A stretch of DNA of 64,000 nucleotides, from the IMG/VR virus record IMGVR_UViG_3300015360_000028, positions 1 to 64,000 of that record; one strand, given 5' to 3'. Each line of letters begins with the position of its first letter. Positions within the stretch are counted from its first letter, which is position 1. This document shows, one piece after another, positions 26,947 to 37,400 of this stretch. This stretch comes from a virus (lineage: Duplodnaviria; Heunggongvirae; Uroviricota; Caudoviricetes). Both the position numbers and the translations under genes were made by a program. The notes under the pieces were generated by a model that was given only the letters and a program-made list of their open reading frames with translations, had not been told where the DNA came from and ran no database searches.

Positions 26947-27428
26947 ATGATCAATACAGAATTTTAGGCGTTTCAGACAGATGCACTCTTGCTGAATTAA
27001 AAAGAGCTTTCCGTGCTAGAGCCAAAACACTTCATCCTGACGTGAACAAATCACCAGACGCTGAAGCAAGATTTATTGAAATCCAAAAAGCATATGATGC
27101 TGTCTTCCCAATTGTAGAAAAAAGAGTTCCTCCTAAACCCGCTGTTGAAAATCCTGGGCTTACCGAATATAGCCGATATCTTATGAAGCAAGACATGTTC
27201 TTCGCAGATGGATTTAAAGTTTTTCAACCCACTTTGACCAAGAAAGATTTTGAAGAGGGGGCCTTTGTTAAATGCTTTATCTCAGCTGGATTGATTGCAG
27301 ACAAGGAAGTAACAGCAAAGCTCGTTGTAAAACCTGGATCTACCGCACCTGTTAAATTCCAGTTCGGCAAGGTTATAATTGTGTTTGATTCTGTTGAGCG
27401 GAAGAGCGGTGGATACAATGAGTTTTGA
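26937..27428 (+). CDS. DnaJ (J-domain) protein
   Basis: YRILGVS...LKRAFRARAKTLHPDVNKSPDAEARFIEIQKAYDAV carries the HPD motif. Confidence 0.7.
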   Translation: MALNDQYRILGVSDRCTLAELKRAFRARAKTLHPDVNKSPDAEARFIEIQKAYDAVFPIVEKRVPPKPAVENPGLTEYSRYLMKQDMFFADGFKVFQPTLTKKDFEEGAFVKCFISAGLIADKEVTAKLVVKPGSTAPVKFQFGKVIIVFDSVERKSGGYNEF

Positions 27429-27509
27429 AAAATTGATGACGCTTCGAAAAGTTCAAATACAGATTACTTTAATGGTTTTGATGAGGGGATCCAGAATAAC
27501 TATTGAATT

Positions 27510-27929
27510 TTGGTTTGGAAGATACAAGGACACGACATGGATTACATGACCAAGAAAGATGTCGAAGATTATGAAAACCGCTTGCGTGGTGTTATGAATG
27601 TATCTATAGGTATTATGCCTGACGATCATCTCTCCCAGCGGCTCTTAATGTCTTGTAATATTTGGTTTGAAAGACAATTGTTTGGGAATAAAATCAAGTC
27701 GATTTGGGTAAAATATTACGACAAAGATAAATCTGTCACTCTTGGCACGACATTCAAGATGGCAGATAATTTCGCATTGATAAAATGGCTAGATGTCAGA
27801 TCGCCAAGATTTGTAATTATCCCAATGGCACCAGAAGAATTTCCTCATGTTATGATGCAATTTCCAGAAGCCCATGCACAAGGGTATTTGGCTTGGTATG
27901 GAGGAGCCTGCAACGCATGGATATATTAA
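27510..27929 (+). CDS. hypothetical protein
   Basis: 139-aa ORF. Confidence 0.4.
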   Translation: MVWKIQGHDMDYMTKKDVEDYENRLRGVMNVSIGIMPDDHLSQRLLMSCNIWFERQLFGNKIKSIWVKYYDKDKSVTLGTTFKMADNFALIKWLDVRSPRFVIIPMAPEEFPHVMMQFPEAHAQGYLAWYGGACNAWIY

Positions 27930-28096
27930 CAGAAAAAGTTTGCCGCCTTCTTTGTGAAAAGGCTTTCGATTCAATTCCACAGACAGGAGCTTGCCCAACC
28001 TGTAAGCTGGGCCCTTATGCTCAACCCTGCACGATGTGGGTTGATTTCGAGAGCGAAGCGGTGGCTGTCATCCAGCTCATAAAGAAAGAACTTTAA
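27917..28096 (+). CDS. small Cys-rich protein (possible zinc ribbon)
   Basis: MDILTEKVCRLLC...CPTCK...C. The track ORF 27785 overlaps the previous gene. Confidence 0.3.
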   Translation: MDILTEKVCRLLCEKAFDSIPQTGACPTCKLGPYAQPCTMWVDFESEAVAVIQLIKKEL

Positions 28097-28275
28097 TGGG
28101 GTGGGTAATCCTCTATACCGTGATCGTAGCTAATTGGTTTTTTCTATGGCCAGTTGTAGAGGTTAAGATCAAACATGATGCAGTAAGGCTTGTCGTCGAT
28201 TTAGGCGGATGTATACTATTCGGCTTCTGGATCCTTATTTTGGCTGCAATATTTTTTGGGTAACTGAAAGAATTC

Positions 28276-28306
28276 TTGACTTCTTAATGGGATTCTTGTA
28301 TAAATA
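28276..28306 (+). promoter_or_regulatory. promoter TTGACT-N17-TATAAATA upstream of tRNA-Ala/Trp/Ser
   Basis: ttgact at 28276-28281, tataaata at 28299-28306. Confidence 0.6.
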
Positions 28307-28379
28307 AACAATAGCAAACAGCTTTAAAATTTAAAGCACTCCACACTTGGAAGTGGAATAAAAGTTTTCTTGATTTAAT

Positions 28380-28455
28380 GGGCTCGCATGTGCCAAGGGG
28401 GCGAGTTGCACTTGCACTGCGACTGAGAGGGGTTCGATTCCGCTCGGGTCCACCA
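28380..28455 (+). tRNA. tRNA-Ala (anticodon TGC)
   Basis: Acceptor gggctcg/cgggtcc with a G3:U70 pair. Anticodon stem ttgca/tgcga with loop ctTGCac. T-loop ttcgatt. CCA. Confidence 0.8.
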
Positions 28456-28473
28456 AATCACTACACCTTCTAC

Positions 28474-28547
28474 AGGGGTATCTTCTAACGGTAAGATTAC
28501 TGCCTCCAAAACAGTCAATGTGGGTTCAATTCCTACTGCCCCTGCCA
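28474..28547 (+). tRNA. tRNA-Trp (anticodon CCA)
   Basis: Acceptor aggggta/tgcccct. Loop ctCCAaa. T-arm gtgggttcaattcctac. CCA. Confidence 0.75.
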
Positions 28548-28565
28548 AATACTTAACTACACCGC

Positions 28566-28658
28566 GGAAGATTGGCAGAGAGGCCGAATGCGGAAGTTTG
28601 CTAAACTTCAGACCGTCGTAAAGGCGGTTCACAGGTTCGAATCCTGTATCTTCCGCCA
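28566..28658 (+). tRNA. tRNA-Ser (anticodon GCT), type II
   Basis: Acceptor ggaagat/atcttcc. Anticodon stem gaagt/acttc with loop ttGCTaa. Long variable arm. T-arm acaggttcgaatcctgt. CCA. Confidence 0.8.
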
Positions 28659-28690
28659 TTAAATTCTTAAAAAATCTGACTATTTTCATT

Positions 28691-29527
28691 ATGAGGATCC
28701 CCATGACTGCGAGAAACTTCGGCGTCGAAATCGAAGCATACAATCAATTCGGATTCGGCCCTGATAGGGTATCAAAGATTCTAAAGAAGAATAAATTCGA
28801 TCGTTGGAACGTAGAAGATGATGCCTCTCTCGAAGATGCTGAAGGTGGTTTTGAAATACAAACTCCCATCTTGAAATACAATAAGAATTCTATTGAGGCG
28901 CTCAGAAAAGTTTGTAGAGTGTTGAAGCAATATTCAGCATATGTAAATAGTTCATGCGGCCTCCATGTTCACATCGCGTCTGATAAACTTTCCGATAAAG
29001 ACAAATACAACATCGTGAAAAGATACGCAAGATTTGAGAAAACCTTGGATCTGTTCATGACCGAGAATCGTCGCACTGATGATAATAGCTGCGCCGGATC
29101 TGTGATGGATATCATCGGCGATGCGAAAGAAAGTTTCTATTATGGTGATGAAGAAGAGTATTGGGATTCTGCAACGTCCTCTTTTAAAAGACAAAAAATT
29201 AAAGACAAAGAAGAACTTTTACATAAATCAGTTGTTGCTGGTATTGAAAACGATAAATACTTGAAAGTGCATGGTTCTAGCCATGGAACTTTGGAATTTA
29301 GACATCATCATGGAACAGTTGATGAAGATGAAATCGCGATGTGGGTGACCTTCTTACATGCTTTCATTAATGCTTCTATCGTGAAATATAAAGGAAGAGA
29401 TTCGCTTTGGCGTGGCATTCCTAAAGACGTGAAGAAATATTATCTTAAGAAGAAGAAGTTTTATGACGAAATCTACCCACAACCTACAGCCAGAAGAACT
29501 AAGAGACATCCAAACAGAGATCGATGA
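28691..29527 (+). CDS. amidoligase-family protein (phage-type Amidoligase_2), paralog of 43272..44588
   Basis: FGVEIEAY, CGLHVHI and GTLEFRHHHG are shared with the second amidoligase. Confidence 0.6.
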   Translation: MRIPMTARNFGVEIEAYNQFGFGPDRVSKILKKNKFDRWNVEDDASLEDAEGGFEIQTPILKYNKNSIEALRKVCRVLKQYSAYVNSSCGLHVHIASDKLSDKDKYNIVKRYARFEKTLDLFMTENRRTDDNSCAGSVMDIIGDAKESFYYGDEEEYWDSATSSFKRQKIKDKEELLHKSVVAGIENDKYLKVHGSSHGTLEFRHHHGTVDEDEIAMWVTFLHAFINASIVKYKGRDSLWRGIPKDVKKYYLKKKKFYDEIYPQPTARRTKRHPNRDR

Positions 29528-29729
29528 TGGTGACTGCCAGCGGGTTATCTTTGGGCTGATGCCCAAGGAATACTTCCACTCGGATCAGATAGACGATGAA
29601 ACCAAGCAGAAATGTCTTGATTATTCGTTAGCAATGGGATATGTTAATATTGACTTTTCCGGGGAATATGAAGTTACCACAAAAGGCAAAACATTCCTAT
29701 TGAATTCCATCAAGGACGTAAAATGGTAA
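29463..29729 (+). CDS. hypothetical protein
   Basis: 88-aa ORF overlapping the amidoligase 3' end. Confidence 0.3.
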   Translation: MTKSTHNLQPEELRDIQTEIDDGDCQRVIFGLMPKEYFHSDQIDDETKQKCLDYSLAMGYVNIDFSGEYEVTTKGKTFLLNSIKDVKW

Positions 29730-29889
29730 AAGTAAGACCAGATAGCATTCATCTTCTTGCAACTGAAGAACACGTGCGGAAGATATTGAAAAATTTCAAT
29801 CAAGGCAAACTAGACGAAAAAATTGTTCGTTCAGTTGCATTGAAATTCATGAAGGCTATCCCTCCATTTAAGAAAGTCACAGTTAGCAT

Positions 29890-29918
29890 TTGACTTCTTC
29901 CAGAAATACTTTATATTC
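29890..29918 (+). promoter_or_regulatory. promoter TTGACT-N17-TATATT upstream of DNA ligase
   Basis: ttgact at 29890-29895, tatatt at 29913-29918. The tatattcagaatat block recurs at 49038. Confidence 0.5.
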
Positions 29919-29939
29919 AGAATATAGAGGAGAACATTT

Positions 29940-31193
29940 ATGTTCACAGTGATAGCAGCCTTAGAAGCGACCACCAAACGGAACGAGAAGAAAGCAATTC
30001 TTCTTAACAACCAATCAGATCTCTTGAAGAAGATCATAAATTATGCGTTGGATCCATACAGGGTTTTCTATTTGAGGAAGTTCGACACATATACGAAACC
30101 AGAAGGTTTTATCCCCTCTCTCAAATTTGATTCACCAGAATTGTGGAAGCTGCTCGATGATTTGAGCGCTCGCAAGGTAACTGGTCATGCTGGCCTCGAA
30201 GCTCACAAAAATGTGGCTTCCAAACTTTCCAACGAAGAAGAAGAATTACTCCGCCGTGTGATCTTGAAGGATTTGCGGTGTGGAGTTTCAACATCGACAG
30301 CAAACGATGTCTTCCCAGATTGTGTGCCTGAATTCAACGTTATGCTCGCTGAAAAGTATGACAAAGACACCGCAATGTTCCCTGCGTACGCAGAGCCCAA
30401 AATTGATGGCATTCGCACCCGGGCAACACTTCATGGATCAACAGTAGACAGCATTGTCTACCAATCACGCAGCGGTAAAGAGTTTGAAACTCTCGACCAC
30501 CTCTCAGCAGAATTGCTTGAATGCTTTCCGCCAGGGGCAATTATCGAAGGTGAAACAAAGACATTGACCGGAAGTTTTCAGACTTCAATCGGCGCCGTGT
30601 CTGCCAAGAAAAACAAAAAGACCGACGTGACAATTGGTTTTGTAATGTTCGACATCTTCACAGTCGATGAAGAAAAACGCCAAGATGTCTTAATGACATA
30701 TGACGCCCGCCAAATTCAATTGGCTTCTTATTTGTCGGCATATAAAGCAAAGAATCCAGGCACTCTTTTAACAATCTTAGAACGTAAGGTTGTAAAAAAT
30801 CACGAAGATGTAATGAATGCCTATGGTGAGTTTCTTGAAGCCGGCCATGAAGGTGCAATGGTTAAAATTATTGATGGCCGCTACGAATTTAAACGCTCAA
30901 CAAACTGGTTGAAAGTGAAACCAGTCGAAACAGTGGATTTGGAAATTATCGGATTTGAAGAAGGTAATGGCCGGAATGAAGGTCGGCTTGGATATGTTCA
31001 CGTGAACTTTGAAGGCCGCGCGTGTCGTGTTGGTACCGGATTTAAAGACGAAATGCGTGAAGAGATTTGGAACAACAAATCCAAGTATATGGGGGCCATC
31101 GCGGAAATCAAATATACAGAGAAGACGGACGATGGCAGTATGCGTCATAACCGCTTCATAAAGATGCGCACATTCAAGGGAGAAAAATTTTAA
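29940..31193 (+). CDS. ATP-dependent DNA ligase
   Basis: Adenylation motif EPKIDGIRT (KxDG). 417 aa. Confidence 0.8.
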   Translation: MFTVIAALEATTKRNEKKAILLNNQSDLLKKIINYALDPYRVFYLRKFDTYTKPEGFIPSLKFDSPELWKLLDDLSARKVTGHAGLEAHKNVASKLSNEEEELLRRVILKDLRCGVSTSTANDVFPDCVPEFNVMLAEKYDKDTAMFPAYAEPKIDGIRTRATLHGSTVDSIVYQSRSGKEFETLDHLSAELLECFPPGAIIEGETKTLTGSFQTSIGAVSAKKNKKTDVTIGFVMFDIFTVDEEKRQDVLMTYDARQIQLASYLSAYKAKNPGTLLTILERKVVKNHEDVMNAYGEFLEAGHEGAMVKIIDGRYEFKRSTNWLKVKPVETVDLEIIGFEEGNGRNEGRLGYVHVNFEGRACRVGTGFKDEMREEIWNNKSKYMGAIAEIKYTEKTDDGSMRHNRFIKMRTFKGEKF

Positions 31194-31304
31194 GTGAGCT
31201 ATGTTATAGGAATTGCAGTAGTTCTGTTCGCTGCTTATGTCATCCATTGTATAATTAAGAATGTAAAAGATTACGGCAAAGGATCGAAAGGAATGAAGCA
31301 TTAA

Positions 31305-31556
31305 ATGGAACTGCGTACGAAAGACCAGAGAGTTATCAGGCTGAATCAAGAACAAGATTTCAGAGTCAAGAACATAGCTGTATCAATATTGATGCTGAAT
31401 CTAATCGCTGGTATTTCGTTGATAAAATGGTTTGTCTTCTCCGACGGACTTCTTAATATGCAGCTCGTTTACTTCCTCGGTTTCTACATGGCATATCATA
31501 ATCTAGGTACACTTTTGACACATGAAGTCGATAAAATCATTGATAATATGAAATGA
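31305..31556 (+). CDS. small membrane protein
   Basis: 83 aa with two TM helices. Confidence 0.35.
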   Translation: MELRTKDQRVIRLNQEQDFRVKNIAVSILMLNLIAGISLIKWFVFSDGLLNMQLVYFLGFYMAYHNLGTLLTHEVDKIIDNMK

Positions 31557-31575
31557 ATCTGTTATAGTTTAGTCA

Positions 31576-32331
31576 ATGGAATTTAAAAAACAGCATATCA
31601 TTGGCGGCAATTGTTCGCTAGAAGAAGCTAAGGCAATGAAACGACGAGAGCTCGGCACTGTCGGTGGAACGTCTTGGCGTAAGGTCAAAAAAGTTCTCGT
31701 AGAATTGACCGATAAAATTTCATACAGTTTTCCAGCAGACGGCAAATTCAATGTTTTAGATCTAGGCTGCGGCCGTGGACTTTCTGCATTTGCCCTCAAG
31801 CAAAAATTTAATTGTGAATTTACAGGCGTCGACATCTACGCCGACGGAATCGCAGAGGGGACGAAGAAACTTTACAAGGATATCTATATTGATAACCTTC
31901 TAGCCTTCGTGGACTCTGCTCACCTACAAAACTATGATGTTATTCTTTTGATCGACGTACTCGAGCATATTCCACAAGATATAGCGCTCGAGTTTCTTCA
32001 AAAGATTTTCAACAAAAGCAAGGGATGGTTCATTATCTCAACTCCAAATTGGAGGATGCCACAACATGGCAAGAAGAACAATCCTTTAGAAAAGCACGTG
32101 TCCTGGTGGGATATGAATCAGCTTTACGAAATCGCCCCCGACATTTCTTATGTCGGCGATCGGGGTGAAGGCATTTATGCTTTCAATTGTTACAGAGATC
32201 TTAAAGATTGGAAACCCCAATTCTGTAGCCACAAACAAAAAGATGTCATCGAGTTTTTGGTGAAGCATGGCATCAAGCCCAACACATTTCGTTATGATCT
32301 AACCGCTGGTAGCTCGCAGCCTAAAATTTAG
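31576..32331 (+). CDS. SAM-dependent methyltransferase
   Basis: Motif I VLDLGCGRGLSAF; motif II LLIDVLEHI. Confidence 0.6.
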   Translation: MEFKKQHIIGGNCSLEEAKAMKRRELGTVGGTSWRKVKKVLVELTDKISYSFPADGKFNVLDLGCGRGLSAFALKQKFNCEFTGVDIYADGIAEGTKKLYKDIYIDNLLAFVDSAHLQNYDVILLIDVLEHIPQDIALEFLQKIFNKSKGWFIISTPNWRMPQHGKKNNPLEKHVSWWDMNQLYEIAPDISYVGDRGEGIYAFNCYRDLKDWKPQFCSHKQKDVIEFLVKHGIKPNTFRYDLTAGSSQPKI

Positions 32332-32475
32332 GAGAGCCAGAAATGGATCTAACCACAATTATAATCCTGGTTGTTGCTATCGGCGCTTGCGTCGTGGGAG
32401 CAGTCGTTATCCTAAGATATCTAGGATTCGCGCAATCTTTTTAAAGCTCTCATATAAACATAAAACGGAGACACT

Positions 32476-33375
32476 ATGTTCGGACAAAATGAAATAGTCG
32501 GTAAAGGCTATTTTAAAGACGCAAAAGACGAAAATCTTCTTGTCACTTCAATGTTTATGACTCTACAGGGCGAAGGCCCTTACAGAGGTCAACCAGCATT
32601 CTTTATTAGATTAGCGAAATGCAACTTAGCTTGCAGCTTCTGCGACACCTATTTTGATTCTGGCGATTGGATGACATTCAACGAGATCGAAGCCAAAATT
32701 GAAGACACAATCGATAAGTTCTATCACTCACGGAATAAAGACCGCCCTGAGTGGACTAATCACTTTGATTGGATGGAAACCCACAAAGAAGAGAAAAGAT
32801 ACGACAAGAAGAAAATGGTACTGGTCATTACAGGAGGCGAACCTTCGCTTCAAAAGAACCTAGCGCCATTCTTAGACAAGATGAAAAACGTTTTCCAAAA
32901 CACTCAAATTGAGTCAAACGGAATTCTAACTCTTGACCTTCCAAAAGAAACCACAGTTGTGGTATCGCCAAAATGTTCTGAGAAGAACGGTCAAGCGGTA
33001 AAATACTTGACCCCTTCATTTAATATGTTGGAGCAGGCAGCTTGCTTGAAGTTTGTTATGGAAGCAACTCCAGGAAGCCCTTATTCAGATATACCTGATT
33101 GGGCACATTCATGGGCAAAAAGAACTGGAAAACAAGTTTACATTTCGCCAATGAACATATATAATAAGGCACCTGAAAAGGCAAAAACAGACAGACTTTC
33201 TAATAAGACAACGATGGACGATAGATCAACTATCGAAGAAGTAATTTCCTTCTGGACTCCTGGGTTGTTGAACATGAAGGCAAATCAAGACAATCACGAA
33301 TATGTCGGCAACTTCTGTGTTCAGCACGGATACATTATGAACTTGCAGATTCACTTATTCGCAAGTCTAGCGTAA
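32476..33375 (+). CDS. queE: 7-carboxy-7-deazaguanine synthase QueE (radical SAM)
   Basis: LQGEGPYRGQPAFFIRLAKCNLACSFCDT matches the QueE radical-SAM cluster. Confidence 0.7.
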   Translation: MFGQNEIVGKGYFKDAKDENLLVTSMFMTLQGEGPYRGQPAFFIRLAKCNLACSFCDTYFDSGDWMTFNEIEAKIEDTIDKFYHSRNKDRPEWTNHFDWMETHKEEKRYDKKKMVLVITGGEPSLQKNLAPFLDKMKNVFQNTQIESNGILTLDLPKETTVVVSPKCSEKNGQAVKYLTPSFNMLEQAACLKFVMEATPGSPYSDIPDWAHSWAKRTGKQVYISPMNIYNKAPEKAKTDRLSNKTTMDDRSTIEEVISFWTPGLLNMKANQDNHEYVGNFCVQHGYIMNLQIHLFASLA

Positions 33376-33383
33376 GGAAACAA

Positions 33384-33881
33384 ATGTCAGCATCTAACTT
33401 TCAAAGCACAAAGATATTTAGTGGGTATCCTTGCTCTCACAGACAATGGCGCCATCCAGGACACTGTGCTTGGGTTCATGGTTATAGCAGATCATTTCAT
33501 TACGTTTTTGAATGCCAAGAACTTGATGAATGTGGTTTCGTTGTGGATTATGGCGGGCTTAAAGATTTAAAAGCATATCTCGATGATACATTCGATCATA
33601 CACTCTTGCTAAATAAAGATGATCCGTTATTGGAGAATTTTAAACAGCTTGAAGTTCTTGGAGCTTGTAAGATTCGGGTCTTACCCCATGGCGTAGGCAT
33701 GGAAGGAACAGCAAGACACTTGTGTGAATACACCGACAAATTGCTGAGAGAAAAAACAGATGGACGATGCTGGGTACTTTCAGTTGAGTCTAGAGAGAAT
33801 GATAAGAACTCTTCCATATATTTGAATCCAGTGAAAGGGTATAGAACCCCTGATTGGTATAAAATGTATGGAAATCAATGA
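33384..33881 (+). CDS. queD: 6-carboxy-5,6,7,8-tetrahydropterin synthase QueD
   Basis: CSHRQWRHPGHCAWVHGYS carries the CxxxHGH zinc motif of the PTPS/QueD family. Confidence 0.7.
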   Translation: MSASNFQSTKIFSGYPCSHRQWRHPGHCAWVHGYSRSFHYVFECQELDECGFVVDYGGLKDLKAYLDDTFDHTLLLNKDDPLLENFKQLEVLGACKIRVLPHGVGMEGTARHLCEYTDKLLREKTDGRCWVLSVESRENDKNSSIYLNPVKGYRTPDWYKMYGNQ

Positions 33882-34239
33882 AGTCGAAGATAAACTAAAA
33901 GAGATCGTCAACGAGATAAGATCAGTTTGGGAATTCGTAGTAACGATGGACCATTGGTTTTATCGGGGGATGTCGGTAACAAAAAGAGCAGAAATGTTCA
34001 AAAGCTTACTTGATCATCTCCTAACTGACATGAAAAAAAGTGGTGGTTATTTCAGCTATTACACTTTCAGTTATATCACAACCGGCACAGGTGGCTTGGT
34101 TTTGAAATTGACTTTAAGATGGAATACTGAGCCTAGCCAAACCACAACAGATCTAGAATTGAGAACAACCGAGGTTGATCCAGTAGCAACGCTAATGGGA
34201 ATGTCGGAACAACTAACAAACGAATATTTAAAGGTATAA
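33868..34239 (+). CDS. hypothetical protein
   Basis: 123 aa between queD and folE. Confidence 0.4.
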   Translation: MEINEVEDKLKEIVNEIRSVWEFVVTMDHWFYRGMSVTKRAEMFKSLLDHLLTDMKKSGGYFSYYTFSYITTGTGGLVLKLTLRWNTEPSQTTTDLELRTTEVDPVATLMGMSEQLTNEYLKV

Positions 34240-34914
34240 ATGGACTATAACGAAAAAAGCGACAATGAACTTGGCCTCAAAGTGCAAAAGCATTTGATCG
34301 ATTTGAAACTAGAATCTCCCATCAAGGAATACTATTCTTTCAACACAAAACAAGAAAAACTAGAAAAGTTGACAGAGGTCTACACAGAAGCAGTAAAAAT
34401 TCTGGGCATTGATCTCGACAACGATTCAACAAACGAAACACCAAGAAGAATCGCGAAGATGTATTTGAAGGAGGTTATGTATGGACTCGACTATAACAAC
34501 TTCCCAAGAGTCATGACGTTTGAAAATAAGTTCGATTCTTCAGGTGTGGTGGTCGAGAAGGACATCAAGGTTAATTCCTTGTGTTCTCATCACTTCGTTC
34601 CTACGATCGGGAAAGCAACAGTTGCTTATATTCCGGGAAAGAAAGTTGCAGGGCTTTCTAAACTGAATAGAGTGGTAGACTTCTTCTCAAGAAGGCCACA
34701 GGAACAGGAACGACTTGTTCTACAAATTCAGGCTGCTTTGGCTTTTGTTCTAGAGACAGAAGACGTTGCAGTGTTTATTGAAGCGGATCATTATTGCGTA
34801 AAATGGCGTGGCGTTCACGATCATTCCAGTATGATTACTTCTAAACTAGGTGGATCATTTTTCAATAACGAATCTCTAAGAAAAGAATTTTACGACATCA
34901 TCAATAACAAATGA
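34240..34914 (+). CDS. folE: GTP cyclohydrolase I FolE
   Basis: ETPRRIAKMY, CSHHFVP and GLSKLNRVVDFFSRRPQ(E)QERL are FolE signatures. Confidence 0.8.
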   Translation: MDYNEKSDNELGLKVQKHLIDLKLESPIKEYYSFNTKQEKLEKLTEVYTEAVKILGIDLDNDSTNETPRRIAKMYLKEVMYGLDYNNFPRVMTFENKFDSSGVVVEKDIKVNSLCSHHFVPTIGKATVAYIPGKKVAGLSKLNRVVDFFSRRPQEQERLVLQIQAALAFVLETEDVAVFIEADHYCVKWRGVHDHSSMITSKLGGSFFNNESLRKEFYDIINNK

Positions 34915-36179
34915 AAAATGTAACCTTAGAATACGTCTTGTCTGGTTCGAGCTATATGCGCATGAACCATGGCCAATTTATTAGCAGCCCAACGTGTATC
35001 CAGAAGTTTAAGGATATGCTGGCAATAGTTCAGAAAGCATCCAGCCACGACATTTCGGTGTTGTTCAATGCGTTTGTTGAATCGGACTATGGCGAAAAAT
35101 ATAGACGGACGGGAATTGACAAGAACTTCAAAAGAGTCTACACAGACTCTGGAGGTTTACAGTTGATTACTCGTGGTCTTTCAATTGACCAGAAGACAAA
35201 GGATAGTATCTACTCTGTTCAGCAGAAGTATTCTCAGGTGGCAATGTGTTTCGACGAAATTCCAGTTGGTGTTATCGGCAAAACTTCTAAGAGAAACGAT
35301 TACGAGTTCAGATACTTTGACAGAGATTTACTAAAAGAAAAGTCTAGGCTGACTGGTATCAATATCAACGAACAAATCAATTACTTCAAAAGCAAATCAA
35401 CTGATGGTACTATCCCCAGCCCGGTGGTCATTGTTCATGGCCAGGATTACGATTCATATCTGACTTGGTCGGATGGAATTCTAAAGGCTATGGATAAAGA
35501 AAATTATCAGTACCTAAACTGCGTGGCCATCTCCTCGGCAGCAGGCGGCTCGGGGCCTATCGAAGAAATAAGAAAATACTTTCTACTCAAGCATCTTCCG
35601 TTTGAGAAGATTGACCATTTCCATATTTTGGGGGTAGGCTCCGTTCGCAGATTATCACCTCTACTGTTGATGATCAGAAAAGGATTGTTTGACAACATGA
35701 ATGTCTCTTACGATTCAACCACTCATTCGTCCAGTTCGGTTATGGGCCAGTTCTATAACCGTGCAGGTAAGAAGGCCCAATTGGGCAGATATATGAATGA
35801 GAACTACCGTGAGATTTATGAAGAAATTAAAGAGGTATTCGATCTTGATTATTCTCTAGAAGAGTTCTTCAAATCTCTTACAACTTCAATCACTGGCTAT
35901 TCAGCAGATCACGGAACCGGGGAGCATGTCGTGACCTCTTCACAGTTGATTGGATTAACCTCAATATATAATTTTGTGAAAGAAATAGATTACTTCTTGA
36001 ATAATCATGATGATTTGTTGAATTTGTTCAATAAAGATGTTACTCTATATAATTACTTATATGAAAGCGTAAATAATCTCGACGATTATTTTGCATGGGA
36101 ACGGGAAGCCTCAAAGCACCTCAAGTCCCTGACGATTTCAGATGGTAAAAAAGAGACCGTTGACGATCTCTTTGTATAA
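34911..36179 (+). CDS. dpdA: DpdA-like 7-deazaguanine DNA transglycosylase (TGT superfamily)
   Basis: YTDSGGLQL resembles the DSGGFQ core of DpdA/TGT. It sits inside the preQ0 gene cluster. Confidence 0.55.
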   Translation: MKNVTLEYVLSGSSYMRMNHGQFISSPTCIQKFKDMLAIVQKASSHDISVLFNAFVESDYGEKYRRTGIDKNFKRVYTDSGGLQLITRGLSIDQKTKDSIYSVQQKYSQVAMCFDEIPVGVIGKTSKRNDYEFRYFDRDLLKEKSRLTGININEQINYFKSKSTDGTIPSPVVIVHGQDYDSYLTWSDGILKAMDKENYQYLNCVAISSAAGGSGPIEEIRKYFLLKHLPFEKIDHFHILGVGSVRRLSPLLLMIRKGLFDNMNVSYDSTTHSSSSVMGQFYNRAGKKAQLGRYMNENYREIYEEIKEVFDLDYSLEEFFKSLTTSITGYSADHGTGEHVVTSSQLIGLTSIYNFVKEIDYFLNNHDDLLNLFNKDVTLYNYLYESVNNLDDYFAWEREASKHLKSLTISDGKKETVDDLFV

Positions 36180-36260
36180 AAGTTAAAGAAATAGCCTTCC
36201 AAGGTTTTACCGTTTTAGCTTTTTTCTTAAAACAAGAAACTAAGAAAAAAGGAAACACAA

Positions 36261-37400
36261 ATGTCCAAGAAAATAAATGTAGCTATTGTCGGAGTCGGCA
36301 ATTGCGCGAGCTCACTCGTTCAGGGTGTAGAATATTATTCGAAACGTGATCCAATGAATGTCCCAGGCGTTATGATGCCTGTGATCGGTGGTTATACCAC
36401 CCACGATATCAATTTCGTTGTTGCTTTCGATGTTGATAAAAGAAAGGTCAATAGACCTCTTAAAGAAGCAATATATGCGAAACCAAATTGCACACTGATT
36501 TTTGAACCGAACGTTCAATCAATGGCACCTGTTCTTATGGCCCCTGTGCTTGATGGTGTAGCACCTCATTTCGCCGACGAACCAGAAGACAGAGCGTTTC
36601 GTGTTTCAGACGAAGCGCCGGTAAATGTTGTTCAAGCATTGATCGATCACAAAGTCGACATTCTGATCAACTATTGCCCAGTCGGTTCTCAACAAGCCAC
36701 TGAATTTTATGCAAACGCCTGTCTTGAAGCTGGCATTGCATTCTTAAACTGCATACCGGTATTTATCGCCTCAGATCCAGTTTGGGAACAAAAGTTTATC
36801 GACAAAGGATTAGTTCTAATTGGCGACGACATGAGAAGCCAGTTCGGTGCAAGTATTTTGTCAGCGGTTCTACAGCAATTGGCTATTGAAAGAGGCCATG
36901 TGATTAACTGCCACATTCAAACGAATGCAGGTGGCAACACTGACTTCTTGAATATGGTTGATAAGAGCAGATTGAAATACAAGAAAATTTCGAAGACGAA
37001 TGTTATTAGAGCACAAAGCAAGATTCAGAATTATGTAGATAAGCCTGATTCAATTCATGCCGCTCCAAGTGAATACATTGCTTACTTGAACGATAACAAA
37101 GTCGCAAACTTCAGACTAGAATTAGAAGGGTTTGGCGGATCTCCAGTTACTTTGGATGCCAGACTTTCAGTTATCGATTCCCCGAACTCTGCCGGCGTTG
37201 TAATTGACGCACTGAGATTTCTCAAGGCAGCGCAGGAACTAGGAGTCGTTGGCGCCCTCAGAGGTCCAAGTGCGTGGACCCAAAAGACGCCACCTATTGA
37301 CATGAAGCCAGCAGACGCTAGATTAGAATGCGTTGCGCTTGCAGAAGGTCGCCTAACAGAGCTCACTAAGAAGCAATTGGGAAAAGTAAGTGGCAAATAA
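36261..37400 (+). CDS. ino1: myo-inositol-1-phosphate synthase (Ino1 family)
   Basis: AIVGVGNCASSLVQGVEYY, FVVAFDVD, PVFIASDPVW, GGNTDFLNM, KISKT and DSPNSAGVVIDA resemble, from memory, the mycobacterial/bacterial MIPS sequence along its whole length. Confidence 0.85.
   Translation: MSKKINVAIVGVGNCASSLVQGVEYYSKRDPMNVPGVMMPVIGGYTTHDINFVVAFDVDKRKVNRPLKEAIYAKPNCTLIFEPNVQSMAPVLMAPVLDGVAPHFADEPEDRAFRVSDEAPVNVVQALIDHKVDILINYCPVGSQQATEFYANACLEAGIAFLNCIPVFIASDPVWEQKFIDKGLVLIGDDMRSQFGASILSAVLQQLAIERGHVINCHIQTNAGGNTDFLNMVDKSRLKYKKISKTNVIRAQSKIQNYVDKPDSIHAAPSEYIAYLNDNKVANFRLELEGFGGSPVTLDARLSVIDSPNSAGVVIDALRFLKAAQELGVVGALRGPSAWTQKTPPIDMKPADARLECVALAEGRLTELTKKQLGKVSGK

Noticed and set aside
28375-28743. 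122-aa minus-strand ORF spanning the tRNA-Ala/Trp/Ser cluster
   Set aside because: It lies entirely antisense to three well-formed tRNA genes. It is most likely a chance ORF through structured GC-richer tRNA sequence.
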